Positions 41,821 to 55,885 are shown, counted from the first letter of the stretch. The stretch: DNA of 64,000 nucleotides from Planctomycetota bacterium (GCA_016872675.1 VGZG01000010.1:272-64271), one strand, 5' to 3'. Numbers and translations: made by a program. Notes: a model not told the origin generated them from the letters alone.

Positions 41821-44592
41821 ATGGACCACGCGACGCTGCGCACGACCCCGCTGGAGAGCTTCCCGCCGCCCGATCGCTGGGACGATTGGGAAGAACTCGA
41901 CGCCAAGGCCTGGCCGCGCCGCGAGACGCGCAAGTACTCGCTGGTGCCGACGATCTGCTTCAACTGCGAGGCCGCGTGCGGACTCGTGGCCTACGTCGAC
42001 CAGGCGAACGGCAGCATCCGCAAGGTGGAAGGCAACCCCTACCACCCGGGTTCGCGCGGCCGCAACTGCGCCAAGGGTCCGGCGACGATCAACCAGGTCC
42101 AGGACCCCGAGCGGATCCTCTACCCGATGAAGCGCGTCGGCCCGCGCGGCAGCGGCCGCTTCGAGCGCGTGTCGTGGGACGAGGTCCTGCAGACGCTCGG
42201 CGGCCGCATCCGCAAGGCGATCGTCGAGGGCCGCAAGACGGAGGTCATGTACCACGTCGGCCGCCCGGGCCACGACGGCTACGTCGAGCGCGTGCTGCAG
42301 GCCTGGGGCGTCGACGGCCACAACAGCCACACCAACGTCTGCAGCGCCGCCGCGCGCCTGGGCTACACGCTCTGGAGCGGCTACGACCGGCCGTCGCCCG
42401 ACTACGAGAACGCGAAGTTCACGCTGCTGATCAGCAGCCACCTCGAGACGGGCCACTACTTCAACCCGCACGCCCAGCGCATCATCGAGTCGAAGATGCG
42501 CGGCGGGAAGCTCGCCGTCTGCGACATCCGCCTGTCGAACACGGCCAGCATGGGCGACTACTGGCTGGCGCCACGCCCCGGCACCGAGCCGATGATGCTG
42601 CTCGGCTTCGTGCACGTGATCCTGCGCGAGAACCTCGTCGACTGGACGTTCGTGCGCGAGTGGGTCGAATGGCGCGCCTACCAGCGGGCCAAGGGCCGCG
42701 CCGAGGACTTCACCGCCTTCCAGCGCGACCTCGCCGCCGACTACGCCTTCGCCACGCCGGCCCACGTCGCCGAGGTGTGCGGCCTCGACGCGAAGGTCGT
42801 CGAGGAGGTCGGTCGCGAGATCGGCAAGGCCGGCAGCGCCTTCGCCAGCCACGTGTGGCGCAACACCGCCGCCGGCAACGAAGGCGGCTGGGCGACGGCG
42901 CGCAACCTGCAGTTCGTCTCCGTGCTGGTCGGCGCCGTCGGCACGGTCGGCGGCACCGCCGGCTCGGGCGCCAACAAGTTCGTGCCGGCGCCGTTCAGCA
43001 AGCCGCGGCCGCAGGACGTCTGGAGCGAACTGCTGTATCCGCGCGAGTGGCCGCTCGCCCACCACGAGCTCAGCTACCTGCTGCCGCACCTGGTGAAGAG
43101 CGGCCGCGGCCGCGTCGACACGTACTTCACCCGCGTCTACAACCCGGTCTGGACCAATCCGGACGGCGCGATGTGGATCGAGATGCTGTCCGACGAGCAG
43201 TCGGTCGGCTGCCACGCCGTGCTGTCGCCGACCTGGAACGAGACCGCGCGCTGGGCCGACTTCGTGCTGCCGATGGGCCACGCCACCGAGCGCCACGACC
43301 TGATGTCGCAGGAGACGCATGCGGCGACCTGGATCGGCTTCCGCCAGCCGGTGCACCGCGTGCTCGCCGAGCGCCAGGGCAAGCAGGTGACCTGGACGTA
43401 CGAGGTCAATCCCGGCCAGGTCTGGGAAGAGGACGAATTCTGGATCGCGCTGAGCTGGATCGTCGACCCCGACGGCGCGCTCGGCATCCGCCGTCACTTC
43501 GAGTCGCCGTACCGCCCCGGTGAGCGCGTCACCATCACCGAGTACTACCGCTGGATCTTCGAGAACTCGGTGCCAGGTCTGCCGGCGGCGGCGGCGAAGG
43601 CAGGCCTGAGCCCGCTCGAATACATGCAGCGGCATGGCTGCTTCCTCGTGCAGGACCAGGTCTACAAGACGCACGAGACCGAGCTGAAGGGCGACTTCGT
43701 CGTCGACGAAGCCGCGGGCGTCGTGCGCAAGGACGGCCAGCTCGCCGGCGTCTGGGCCGGCGGCAAGGCCCGCGTCGGTTTCCCGACGCCGAGCAAGAAG
43801 CTCGAACTGTGGTCGCCGACGATGGCGGAATGGGGCTGGCCGGAGCACGCCGCGCCGACCTACATCGAGAGCCACGTCGACGAGGGCAAGCTCAACCGCG
43901 GCAGCGGCGAGATGGTGCTGGTCGCGACCTTCCGCCTGCCGACGCTGATCCACACGCGCAGCGCCAACAGCAAGTGGCTGACGGAGCTGTCCAACACCAA
44001 CCCGGTCTGGATCCACCCCACGGACGCCGCGCGCCTTGGCGTGCAGATGGGCGATCTGCTGCGCGTCGCGACGCGCACCGGCTACTACGTCAACGCCGCC
44101 TGGGTCACCGAGGGCGTGCGCCCAGGCGTGATCGCCTGCAGCCACCACATGGGCCGCTGGACCGTGTCCGGCGACCAGGTGTCAGGCAACCACTGGCAGC
44201 TGCACGACGTCGACCTGCGCAAGGTCAGCGACACGGCGTGGCTGATGCGCCGCACGAAGCCGACCGGCACGTTCGCCAGCGCCGACGCGGAGAGCCAGAA
44301 GGTCTGGTGGTCGTCGGGCGGCGTGCACCAGAACATGACCTTCCCGGTGCAGCCCGACCCGATCTCGGGCATGCACTGCTGGCACCAGAAGGTCACCGTC
44401 ACCAAGGCTGAGCCCGGCGACCGCTACGGCGACGTCTACGTCGACACAGCGAAGTCGATGGCGGTGTTCGAGGAGTGGCTGGCGAAGACGCGCCCCGCCG
44501 GCCAGCACGGCGCCGACGGGTTACGGCGGCCGCTGCACCTGAAGCGCGTCTGCCGGCCCACCGACGCCGCGTTCCGCCTGCCGGACGCGTGA
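41821..44592 (+). CDS. Molybdopterin (bis-MGD) oxidoreductase catalytic subunit, PsrA/PhsA/TtrA-like
   Basis: The N-terminal 4Fe-4S motif is CFNCEAACG...RNCAKG, with a probable Mo-ligand context HTNVCSAAARLG. The protein is large (more than 900 aa) and has a C-terminal MGD-binding barrel region (VWIHPTDAARLGVQMGDLLRV..GVIACSHHMG). ATG 41821 is chosen; GTG 41779 is the alternative. No twin-arginine signal appears in either version. Confidence 0.9.
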   Translation: MDHATLRTTPLESFPPPDRWDDWEELDAKAWPRRETRKYSLVPTICFNCEAACGLVAYVDQANGSIRKVEGNPYHPGSRGRNCAKGPATINQVQDPERILYPMKRVGPRGSGRFERVSWDEVLQTLGGRIRKAIVEGRKTEVMYHVGRPGHDGYVERVLQAWGVDGHNSHTNVCSAAARLGYTLWSGYDRPSPDYENAKFTLLISSHLETGHYFNPHAQRIIESKMRGGKLAVCDIRLSNTASMGDYWLAPRPGTEPMMLLGFVHVILRENLVDWTFVREWVEWRAYQRAKGRAEDFTAFQRDLAADYAFATPAHVAEVCGLDAKVVEEVGREIGKAGSAFASHVWRNTAAGNEGGWATARNLQFVSVLVGAVGTVGGTAGSGANKFVPAPFSKPRPQDVWSELLYPREWPLAHHELSYLLPHLVKSGRGRVDTYFTRVYNPVWTNPDGAMWIEMLSDEQSVGCHAVLSPTWNETARWADFVLPMGHATERHDLMSQETHAATWIGFRQPVHRVLAERQGKQVTWTYEVNPGQVWEEDEFWIALSWIVDPDGALGIRRHFESPYRPGERVTITEYYRWIFENSVPGLPAAAAKAGLSPLEYMQRHGCFLVQDQVYKTHETELKGDFVVDEAAGVVRKDGQLAGVWAGGKARVGFPTPSKKLELWSPTMAEWGWPEHAAPTYIESHVDEGKLNRGSGEMVLVATFRLPTLIHTRSANSKWLTELSNTNPVWIHPTDAARLGVQMGDLLRVATRTGYYVNAAWVTEGVRPGVIACSHHMGRWTVSGDQVSGNHWQLHDVDLRKVSDTAWLMRRTKPTGTFASADAESQKVWWSSGGVHQNMTFPVQPDPISGMHCWHQKVTVTKAEPGDRYGDVYVDTAKSMAVFEEWLAKTRPAGQHGADGLRRPLHLKRVCRPTDAAFRLPDA

Positions 44593-44628
44593 CGCGGCGC
44601 GCCGGAGCCGAACGGCAGTGGCTGCACG

Positions 44629-44660
44629 CTCCCGACGACGAACGCCTCGCGCGTCGGGAG
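44629..44660. terminator. Hairpin between convergent genes (possible bidirectional terminator)
   Basis: A 9-bp perfect stem pairs CTCCCGACG with CGTCGGGAG around a 14-nt loop. There is no U-tract. It lies between the oxidoreductase stop and the aspS stop. Confidence 0.3.
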
Positions 44661-44746
44661 GCACAACCGCGCCGCGCGCGGCTCCAGCCCCGACCCGGCG
44701 GCCGGCGCGCCGCAGGCCGCCAACAGCAGCGCGGCGCCAGCCCAGT

Positions 44747-46558
44747 TCACGACGCCGGCGGCTTCGGCGGCTCGACCGCGGTGCGGATCGACAGTTCCTT
44801 GAGCTGCTCGCCGCTGACCTCGCCCGGCGCCTCGGCCATCAGGTCGAACGCCATCGACGTCTTCGGGAACGCGATCACGTCGCGGATGCCTTCGCGGCCG
44901 AGTGCGAGCGTGACGATGCGGTCGACGCCGAGCGCGATGCCGCCGTGCGGCGGGCCGCCGTACTTGTACGCGTCGAGCAGGAAGCCGAAGTTCGCGCGCT
45001 GGTGCTCCTTGCTGATGCCGAGGAACTCGAACACGCGCGCCTGCAGCTCGGTGCGATGGATGCGGATCGAGCCGGAGCCGAGCTCCCAGCCGTTCATGAC
45101 GAAGTCGTAGGCGCGGCTGCGGATGTTCTCGGTATCGACGCCGAAGTCCTTGATGTCCCAGTCGACCGGCGCGCTGAACGGGTTGTGCGCGAACTGCCAG
45201 CGGTTCTTGTCCTCGTTCCACTCGAACATCGGGAAGTTGAGGACCCAGCAGCAGCGGAAGACCTTCGGGTCGCGCAGGCCGAGGATGCCGCCGACCTTGA
45301 GCCGCAGGTCGCCGAGCGCCTTGTGCACGACGCGCTTCTGGTCGGCGACGAACAGCAAGAGGTCGCCGGGCTTGGCGCCCATGTGAGCGATCAGCTCCTT
45401 GCCCTTGTCGCCCTCATAGAACTTGGCGATCGAGCCCTCGACGCCGGCGGCGGTGACCTTGGCCCAGGCGAGGCCCTTGGCGCCGAGTTGGGTGACGAAG
45501 GCGGTCAGCTCGTCGATGCCCTTGCGCGAGAACTTCTCGGCCGCGCCCTCGGCGCAGATGCCCTTGACGATGCCGCCGGCGGCGACGGCGCCGGCAAAGA
45601 CCTTGAAGTCGCTCTTCTTCGCCAACTCGGTGCAGTCCTGCAGCAGCATGCCAAAGCGCAGGTCTGGCTTGTCGCAGCCGTACTTGGCCATCGCCTCGAA
45701 GAAGTCAAAGCGCGGGAACGGCTGCGGCACGTCGATGCCGAAACCCTCCTTCATGGCGTGGACGTACATCGCCTCGACCACGTCGAGCACGTCGTGCTCC
45801 TCGACGAAGGACATCTCGAGATCGATCTGCGTGAACTCTGGCTGGCGGTCGGCGCGCAGGTCCTCGTCGCGGAAGCAGCGCGCGATCTGGTAGTAGCGGT
45901 CGAGGCCGCCGACCATGCACAGCTGCTTGAAGATCTGCGGGCTCTGCGGCAGCGCGAAGAACTTGCCCGCGTGCACGCGGCTCGGCACCAGGTAGTCGCG
46001 CGCGCCCTCCGGCGTGCTCTTCGTCAGGATCGGCGTCTCAATGTCGATGAACCGGCGCTGCTGTAGGAAGTTGCGCACCGCCGTGACGAAGCGCGCGCGC
46101 TTCATCAACGCTTCCTGCAGCGGCCGGCGGCGCAGGTCGAGGTAGCGGTACTGCATGCGCAGCTCCTCGTTGGCCTCGGCCTTGTCGAGGATCTCGAACG
46201 GCGGCGTCTCGGCCTCGCTGAGCACCGTCACCGACAGCACGCAGAGCTCGATCTCGCCGGTGACGCGGTTCTTGTTGACGTTGCCCTCGCCGCGCGGGCG
46301 CACGCGGCCGCGCACCGAGATCACGTCCTCGGCGCCCAGGCGCACCATCGCGTCGAAGGTGCCGGCCGCCATGCCGGCGGTGTCGGCGTCGACCGCCAGC
46401 TGGGTGATGCCGTAGCGGTCGCGGAGGTCGATGAACACGAGCTTGCCGTGCTCGCGCTTGTTCTCGATCCAGCCGTTGAGGACGACGTCCTGGTCCTTGG
46501 CAGCGAGGGTGAGTTCGCCGCAGGTGTGGGTGCGCTGCCAGGTGCTGCGTTGCTTCAT
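44747..46558 (-). CDS. aspS: Aspartyl-tRNA synthetase (bacterial type with insertion domain)
   Basis: OB-fold N-terminus, class II motifs (FRDEDLRADRQPEFTQID, GGIALGVDRIV), and the typical length of about 600 aa. Confidence 0.95.
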   Translation of the reverse strand: MKQRSTWQRTHTCGELTLAAKDQDVVLNGWIENKREHGKLVFIDLRDRYGITQLAVDADTAGMAAGTFDAMVRLGAEDVISVRGRVRPRGEGNVNKNRVTGEIELCVLSVTVLSEAETPPFEILDKAEANEELRMQYRYLDLRRRPLQEALMKRARFVTAVRNFLQQRRFIDIETPILTKSTPEGARDYLVPSRVHAGKFFALPQSPQIFKQLCMVGGLDRYYQIARCFRDEDLRADRQPEFTQIDLEMSFVEEHDVLDVVEAMYVHAMKEGFGIDVPQPFPRFDFFEAMAKYGCDKPDLRFGMLLQDCTELAKKSDFKVFAGAVAAGGIVKGICAEGAAEKFSRKGIDELTAFVTQLGAKGLAWAKVTAAGVEGSIAKFYEGDKGKELIAHMGAKPGDLLLFVADQKRVVHKALGDLRLKVGGILGLRDPKVFRCCWVLNFPMFEWNEDKNRWQFAHNPFSAPVDWDIKDFGVDTENIRSRAYDFVMNGWELGSGSIRIHRTELQARVFEFLGISKEHQRANFGFLLDAYKYGGPPHGGIALGVDRIVTLALGREGIRDVIAFPKTSMAFDLMAEAPGEVSGEQLKELSIRTAVEPPKPPAS

Positions 46559-46627
46559 GCGTGTGCGGGCTTGCGGGCAAAGTGTCGTACCCGCCCCCCA
46601 TGGCGCATTCCAGCGACGCTCCAGCGG

Positions 46628-49231
46628 TCACTCGTAGCGCACGGACTCAGCCGGGCTCTCGCGCAGCGCGCGAACGGCCGGCACGACCGCCGCGACCAGC
46701 GCGACGCCGAACGCAAGCGCTGGCGCCAGCAGGAACCAAGGCAGCGGCAAGGTCACCGGCGCGTCCAGGCGCGCAACGGCGTTCATACCGAGAACCAGCG
46801 CCGACGCCAGCAGCGCGCCGAGCCCGCATGCGAGCAGGCTGGCGACCGCGGCGGTGACCGCGCCTTCGAGCAGGAAGCTGCCGACCAACGCGCTGCGCCG
46901 GATGCCGAGCGCGCGCAATACGCCGAGTTCCCGCGCGCGGCCAAGCGTCGCGATGGTCATGCCGTTGACGAGGCCAAGGCCGGCCAGGACCAGCATCAGG
47001 CCGAGCAGCAGGTCGAACAGCCGGAAGTCCTTGCCGACGTCGCGGCGCAGGTAGGCCTCGACCCACGCGCCCGACTTGTAGCCGGTGATCGCCGGCACGA
47101 CCGCGCGCGCCGCCGACCCCGCCTGTTCCGCGTCGGCGCCCGGCTGCAGCCGCAACGTCGCCATGGTGACGCAGGTCGTCGGAATGCAGAAGTCCCGGCG
47201 CAGCCAGCGCGGGTCACAGATGGCGAACGCGCGCTCGTCGGCGTCGAAGCCGGCGCGGTCGTCGATCGCAGCCACCTCATAGACCACCGGCTCGCCGTTG
47301 CGGTCGCGCATCGGCACCAGCGCGCCCTTTTGCCAACCGCGCGTGCGCGCGAGGCGTCGGCTCGCCACCAGCGCGCGCACCTTCTCGTCGGCGTAGCGGC
47401 GCAGCAGCGCCGGGTCGCCCTCGAGCGGCCCGCCCGCGTCGGCGGCAGCCGCCGGCGCGAGGCCGCGCAGCAGAAAGCCGCCGCCGCGTTCCTCGCCTTC
47501 GTAGGCCTCCACCGCGTGCACACCGGGCAGCCGGGCCAACGGCGCCAGCGCCTCCGCCGTCGTCGGCGTCGTGCGCAGGAACACGCGTTCGCGCAGCGTC
47601 GTCGCCGCGAAGGCGCCGACCTCGGCGTGCAGCGAGTGCGTCACGCTCTTGAGCCCGATCACGGCCAGCAGAACCGCAGCGAGCCCGGCGACCGCCGCGG
47701 CGACGCGGCCAGCGGAGCGCTTGAGCACCTTGCCGACGAGCCACGACGACAGCGGGAAGATCGGCCGCAGCGGCAGCAACAGCGCGCGCCCAACTCCGGA
47801 CGTCATTCTCGGCGCCAGCAGCAGCACGACGCCGAACAGGCCAAGCACGCCGACCAACTCGAGCAGCACGGCACGCAGTTCACCGCCTTCCTCGGCGACG
47901 AGCGGCGTCATCGCGAGGTACGCGAGCGGCAGCGCCACGCACAACAGGGCGAACATCCAGCCATGCACGCCGCGCAGAAGGTCGACGCCGTCATCAGCAC
48001 TCGGCGCGAGACCGTGTGCGCGCAGGATGTCGAGCGCCGGAACCTGCCGGGCGCGCACCAGCGGGAACATCGCGCCGGCGAGCGTGAACAGCACGCCGAG
48101 CGCAAACGTCCAACCGACCGGGAACAGCGGCACCTCAAAGGTTTCCCACTGCTTGCCGAGTCCCAGCGAGCTGATGTCCTGCGACTGCAGCCAGCGCGCC
48201 AGCAGCAACCCGCCGCCGACGCCGAGCGCGCTGCCGACCGTCCCAAGCAGGATCGCGTCGCACAGAAAGATGCGGGTGATCGCGCCGCCACCGGCGCCAA
48301 GGCACCGCAACAGGCCGAGTTGGCGGATGCGCGCGACCAGGCTGTGCGACAGAGTCTGAAAAACGACATACATGCCGAGCAGCAGCGCGAGTCCGCCCAA
48401 CACCTTGAGGCCGTTGCGGAAGGCGCGTTCGTCGGCGCCCTCGCCGAGCAGCGCGCTGCGCGCATCCTGCACGAGATAGCGCGGTCGCAGGTCGGCGCGC
48501 AAGCGGTCGAGGTCGGCGCCGTCGGCGCGGCGCACGTGGAAGACGCTACTGCCGAGCGGCAGCAGTCGTTCGGCAAGGTCGTGCGCGACCACCGCGACGC
48601 GACCCTGTTCGCGCTTGCCCAGCCGCTGGCTGGCGAGCACGCCGACGACCGTGGCCCGTACGGCGAACGCATCGGGGCCGGCAGTGCGCGGCACCTTCAC
48701 CAGCGCGCCGTCGCGGCACTCGACGCGCTCGACCACCGCCGGCTCGGCAAGCGTAACGATGTCACCGACGTCGACCGCGAGTTCGCGCACGGCGTCCTCG
48801 CCGAGCAGGCAGCCGGGCGTCGTCGCGTCGGCGTCCGCTGACTGCAGGTCGCGGCCGCGCGCGACGGCGTAGTGGCCGAAGCCTGCCGGCGGCAGCGGGG
48901 TGAAGCCGTAGACCGCGAGCTCAATGACCCCGCCGGCGCCACGGGCGACCGCCCGCGCTTCGCGCCACATCGCCGCATCGGCAACGCCGCTTACGGCGAG
49001 CAACTCGGCGAGTGCTTGGGCCGGCGGTCGCGGCGCCTGCGGCAGGAGCTCCAGGTCCACCGCGCCGCGCGTGCCATCCTGACGCCGCAGCCGGCTCTGG
49101 ATGGTGTTGTGGTCCATCACGTGGATGGCCACCACGATCGCCACGCCCAGCGCGATGCCGAGCAGCGACAGCAGCACGCGCAGCCGGCTAGATGCCCAGT
49201 TCCGCGAGACGATGAAGTACGTCAGCGACAC
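46628..49231 (-). CDS. ABC transporter permease with two FtsX-type domains (MacB/LolCE-like)
   Basis: An 867-aa protein with two 4-TM FtsX-like blocks, each preceded by a large extracytoplasmic segment. GTG 49231 is preceded by GGGAGG and overlaps the ATPase gene by 44 nt. Confidence 0.85.
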   Translation of the reverse strand: MSLTYFIVSRNWASSRLRVLLSLLGIALGVAIVVAIHVMDHNTIQSRLRRQDGTRGAVDLELLPQAPRPPAQALAELLAVSGVADAAMWREARAVARGAGGVIELAVYGFTPLPPAGFGHYAVARGRDLQSADADATTPGCLLGEDAVRELAVDVGDIVTLAEPAVVERVECRDGALVKVPRTAGPDAFAVRATVVGVLASQRLGKREQGRVAVVAHDLAERLLPLGSSVFHVRRADGADLDRLRADLRPRYLVQDARSALLGEGADERAFRNGLKVLGGLALLLGMYVVFQTLSHSLVARIRQLGLLRCLGAGGGAITRIFLCDAILLGTVGSALGVGGGLLLARWLQSQDISSLGLGKQWETFEVPLFPVGWTFALGVLFTLAGAMFPLVRARQVPALDILRAHGLAPSADDGVDLLRGVHGWMFALLCVALPLAYLAMTPLVAEEGGELRAVLLELVGVLGLFGVVLLLAPRMTSGVGRALLLPLRPIFPLSSWLVGKVLKRSAGRVAAAVAGLAAVLLAVIGLKSVTHSLHAEVGAFAATTLRERVFLRTTPTTAEALAPLARLPGVHAVEAYEGEERGGGFLLRGLAPAAAADAGGPLEGDPALLRRYADEKVRALVASRRLARTRGWQKGALVPMRDRNGEPVVYEVAAIDDRAGFDADERAFAICDPRWLRRDFCIPTTCVTMATLRLQPGADAEQAGSAARAVVPAITGYKSGAWVEAYLRRDVGKDFRLFDLLLGLMLVLAGLGLVNGMTIATLGRARELGVLRALGIRRSALVGSFLLEGAVTAAVASLLACGLGALLASALVLGMNAVARLDAPVTLPLPWFLLAPALAFGVALVAAVVPAVRALRESPAESVRYE

Positions 49232-49991
49232 GGAAGGGGCCTCCCTGGAGTTCAGCGTCGGGCCGGAGCGCGCCGTCGCGCAGGAACAGGATGCGGTCGC
49301 CGGCGGCGGCGTCGCGCGGGTTGTGCGTCACCAGCAGGATCGTGGTGCCAAGCTTGCCGCAGACCTCGCGCAGCAGCGCGATGACGTCTTCGCCGGCCTT
49401 GCTCGACAGGTTGCCAGTCGGCTCGTCGGCGAGCAGCAGCGGCGGCTGCGTCACCAGCGCGCGCGCGATCGACACGCGCTGCATCTCGCCGCCGGACAGC
49501 TGGGCCGGCAGCTTCTTGCGATGGCCGTCGACGCCGAGCAGGCGCAGCAGGCTGTCGGTGCGCGCCTGATGGCGCCTTGGCCGCTCGCCGGCGATGCGCA
49601 GCGGCAGCGTGACGTTCTCCTCGACGGTCAGGTCGGGCAGCAGGTGGAAGAACTGGAAGATGAAGCCGATGCGCTCGCGGCGGATCCGCGCGCGCGCCTC
49701 TTCGTCACCGCCGCCGAGATCGACGCCATCGAGCAGCACCAGCCCCGCCGACGGACGGTCGAGACCGGCGAGCAGGTGCAGCAGCGTCGACTTGCCGGAG
49801 CCAGACGGGCCCATCAGCGTGGCGAACTCGCCGCGCCGTAGGCGCAGACTCACATCGCGCACCACCGGCATCTGCTGGCCGTCGTGCGCGCGGAAGCGGA
49901 AGACGCCGCGCGACTCGAGCACCGGCGGTTCCGACGTTACGGCAGGCGCAGCCTCGTCCATTGCGCGCAGTCTGTGCGCGCGCCGCTGCAT
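49188..49991 (-). CDS. ABC transporter ATP-binding protein (MacB/LolD-type)
   Basis: Walker A GPSGSGKST, Q-loop, signature LSGGEMQRVSIARAL, Walker B LLLADEPTGNLS. ATG 49991 is chosen; the track start is TTG 49997. Confidence 0.9.
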   Translation of the reverse strand: MQRRAHRLRAMDEAAPAVTSEPPVLESRGVFRFRAHDGQQMPVVRDVSLRLRRGEFATLMGPSGSGKSTLLHLLAGLDRPSAGLVLLDGVDLGGGDEEARARIRRERIGFIFQFFHLLPDLTVEENVTLPLRIAGERPRRHQARTDSLLRLLGVDGHRKKLPAQLSGGEMQRVSIARALVTQPPLLLADEPTGNLSSKAGEDVIALLREVCGKLGTTILLVTHNPRDAAAGDRILFLRDGALRPDAELQGGPFRVADVLHRLAELGI

Positions 49992-50051
49992 GGTCAAGGA
50001 CGCCTGGTCGGCCGCCCCGCGCTGCAGCCTGACCGCTCGCGCAACTGACGG

Positions 50052-51248
50052 TCACTTCACTGCGAGCAGCTCGACGATGAACAACAGCGTCGCGTTGGCC
50101 GGGATCTTCGGCGGCGAACCGCGCTCGCCGTACGCGAGCTTGCCGGGGATCGAGAACAGGAACTTGGCGCCCGGCTTCATCAACTGCACGCCCTCGGTCC
50201 AACCCGGGATGACGCGGTTGAGCGGGAACTCGGCCGGCATGCCGCGCGCGTGCGAGCTGTCGAAGACCTTGCCGTCGGTCAGCCAGCCCGTGTAGTGCAC
50301 GCTGACCATCGCGTCGGCCTTGGGCGATTCGCCCTCGCCGGCGGCGACGACTTCGTACTGCAGGCCGCTCTGCGTCGTCACGGTCTTGGCCGCATCGAGC
50401 GCGCGGAACACCGGCAGCTTGTTGACCCCGGTCACCTCGAGCTCCCACACCGTGTCGCCGCCATGGTTGGGGAAGAGCTTCTGTGGCACCTCGGCGCGCA
50501 CGATCGCGCCGAGCTTGCACTGCGCCGCGAGATCGCGCAGGAACGGGAACGGCAGCGACTCGACCGCGCCGCTCAGGCGATGGTTCATCTGCCGCTCGCT
50601 GCAATCGACGAGTTCGCCACCGGACTTCCAGATGGCGTAGCGCAGCGCGACGCCGTCGGCGCCGGTGAGCAGGTCGCCCTTGCCGTCCTGCAGCATCTCC
50701 CACCGCACGACGTGCTCGTCGGGCGGCGCATCGGCGGCAGCGCCGGGCTTCGGCGTCTTGACGATCAGGTCCTTCTGCGCGTCCTTGTTGGCCGGACGGA
50801 GCTGCGGCATGCGCGTGATCCGCAGCAACTCGACGTCGAACACGAGCGTCGCGTTCTGCGGGATGGTCGGCGGGCGCCCCTCCTCGCCATACGCGAGGTT
50901 GCCGGGGATGACGAGCTTGCAGCGCGCGCCGGGCGTCATCAGCTGCAGGCCTTCCGTCCAGCCGGCGATCACCTGACCGACGCCGAAGGTCGCGGGCTGA
51001 CCGCGATCGCGCGAGCTGTCGAACTGGGTGCCGTCGGTGAGCCAGCCGGTGTAGTGCACCTCGACCATGTCGTCGCGGCCGGGGCCGGGGCCCTTCGCGC
51101 CCTCCTGCAGGAAGCCGATCTCGAGGCCCGAGGCGGTCTTCTTCATGTCCTTGCAGTCGGGGATGCCAGCGGCGGGCGTCGGGTCCTGCGCGGCGGAGAC
51201 GGCGGCCAGCCCGAACAGGGCGGCGGCCAACAGGGTCGTGGCGTTCAT
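50052..51248 (-). CDS. Secreted multi-domain FKBP-type peptidyl-prolyl cis-trans isomerase
   Basis: The signal peptide is [22 protein letters not shown]. Two canonical FKBP domains are present ([20 protein letters not shown]...M..G......IP..LAYG). Between them lies a degenerate FKBP-like segment. Confidence 0.85.
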   Translation of the reverse strand: MNATTLLAAALFGLAAVSAAQDPTPAAGIPDCKDMKKTASGLEIGFLQEGAKGPGPGRDDMVEVHYTGWLTDGTQFDSSRDRGQPATFGVGQVIAGWTEGLQLMTPGARCKLVIPGNLAYGEEGRPPTIPQNATLVFDVELLRITRMPQLRPANKDAQKDLIVKTPKPGAAADAPPDEHVVRWEMLQDGKGDLLTGADGVALRYAIWKSGGELVDCSERQMNHRLSGAVESLPFPFLRDLAAQCKLGAIVRAEVPQKLFPNHGGDTVWELEVTGVNKLPVFRALDAAKTVTTQSGLQYEVVAAGEGESPKADAMVSVHYTGWLTDGKVFDSSHARGMPAEFPLNRVIPGWTEGVQLMKPGAKFLFSIPGKLAYGERGSPPKIPANATLLFIVELLAVK

Positions 51249-51359
51249 GCGGGTGCGCCGACGGAGGGTCGGCAGGGCCGGAAGTCTAGCGGCCGGCGGC
51301 CGCGCGACCACGCACGCGGCCTGGAACACCGGCGGCGGCACAGCGCGCCAGCCGCGGCA

Positions 51360-51797
51360 TCAGCTGCTCAAGTTGCCCGAACCGGTCGTGCGACGCGACA
51401 ACAGCTCGCGCGCCAGCGCCTTGCGCAGCGACGCCTCGGCGTTGAGGTACTCCTGGCTGAGCTTGTCCAGGCCGGCCATCTTCGCGCGCGCCTTCGCCTC
51501 GGCCGCCGTGACGCGCGCCATGTCAATGTCGGCGGCCGCCTCGCCGGCCTCGCAGACCAGCGTCAGCACGTTGTCCTGCACCTGGGCGAAGCCATCGCTC
51601 AAGAACAGGTCGGTCGCCTTGCCGTCCGTCTCGGTCACGTGCGCGTAGCCCGTGAAGGCGATCACCGTGAGCAACGGCGCGTGCTGCGGCAGGATGCCGT
51701 AGCCGCCGTCGATGCCCGTGAAGCTGACATCCGCGACCTTGCGGTCGACGACCGTGCGATCGGGGGTGACGATGCGGAGGTGCAGTTCGGCGGCCAT
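51360..51797 (-). CDS. atpC: F1 ATP synthase epsilon subunit
   Basis: LRIVTPDRTVVD.., GILPQHAPLLT, and a helical C-terminus. It is the last gene of the atp operon. Confidence 0.9.
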   Translation of the reverse strand: MAAELHLRIVTPDRTVVDRKVADVSFTGIDGGYGILPQHAPLLTVIAFTGYAHVTETDGKATDLFLSDGFAQVQDNVLTLVCEAGEAAADIDMARVTAAEAKARAKMAGLDKLSQEYLNAEASLRKALARELLSRRTTGSGNLSS

Positions 51798-51856
51798 GGC
51801 GGGTTCAGCGGCTGCTTGCGGACGATGCGACGACTAGTGGCGTTTGGACGTTCCGG

Positions 51857-54269
<2,413 letters not shown>

Positions 54270-54343
54270 GCTTCAGCTCGTGGGTGGTTCGTTGCGCACG
54301 GGGCGGCGGGTGCTGCCCCTCATCGATCAGGAAACCGACTCGG

Positions 54344-55885
<1,542 letters not shown>

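Noticed and set aside
41455-44148. An 897-aa ORF on the minus strand, the longest in this region.
   Set aside because: It lies entirely antisense to the molybdopterin oxidoreductase gene, which has unmistakable family motifs. Its translation is Arg/Ala/Gly/Val-rich with no recognisable motif. Stop-free antisense frames are expected at this GC content.
41821-44592. The possibility of a selenocysteine (in-frame TGA) or a frameshift in the molybdoenzyme.
   Set aside because: The ORF is continuous. The likely Mo-ligand position is an ordinary Cys codon context (NVCSAA), and no SECIS-like requirement is apparent.
46448-48841. A 797-aa plus-strand ORF.
   Set aside because: It is antisense to the FtsX-type ABC permease. 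Its composition is Arg/Ala/Gln/Glu-rich and featureless. It is a high-GC artefact.
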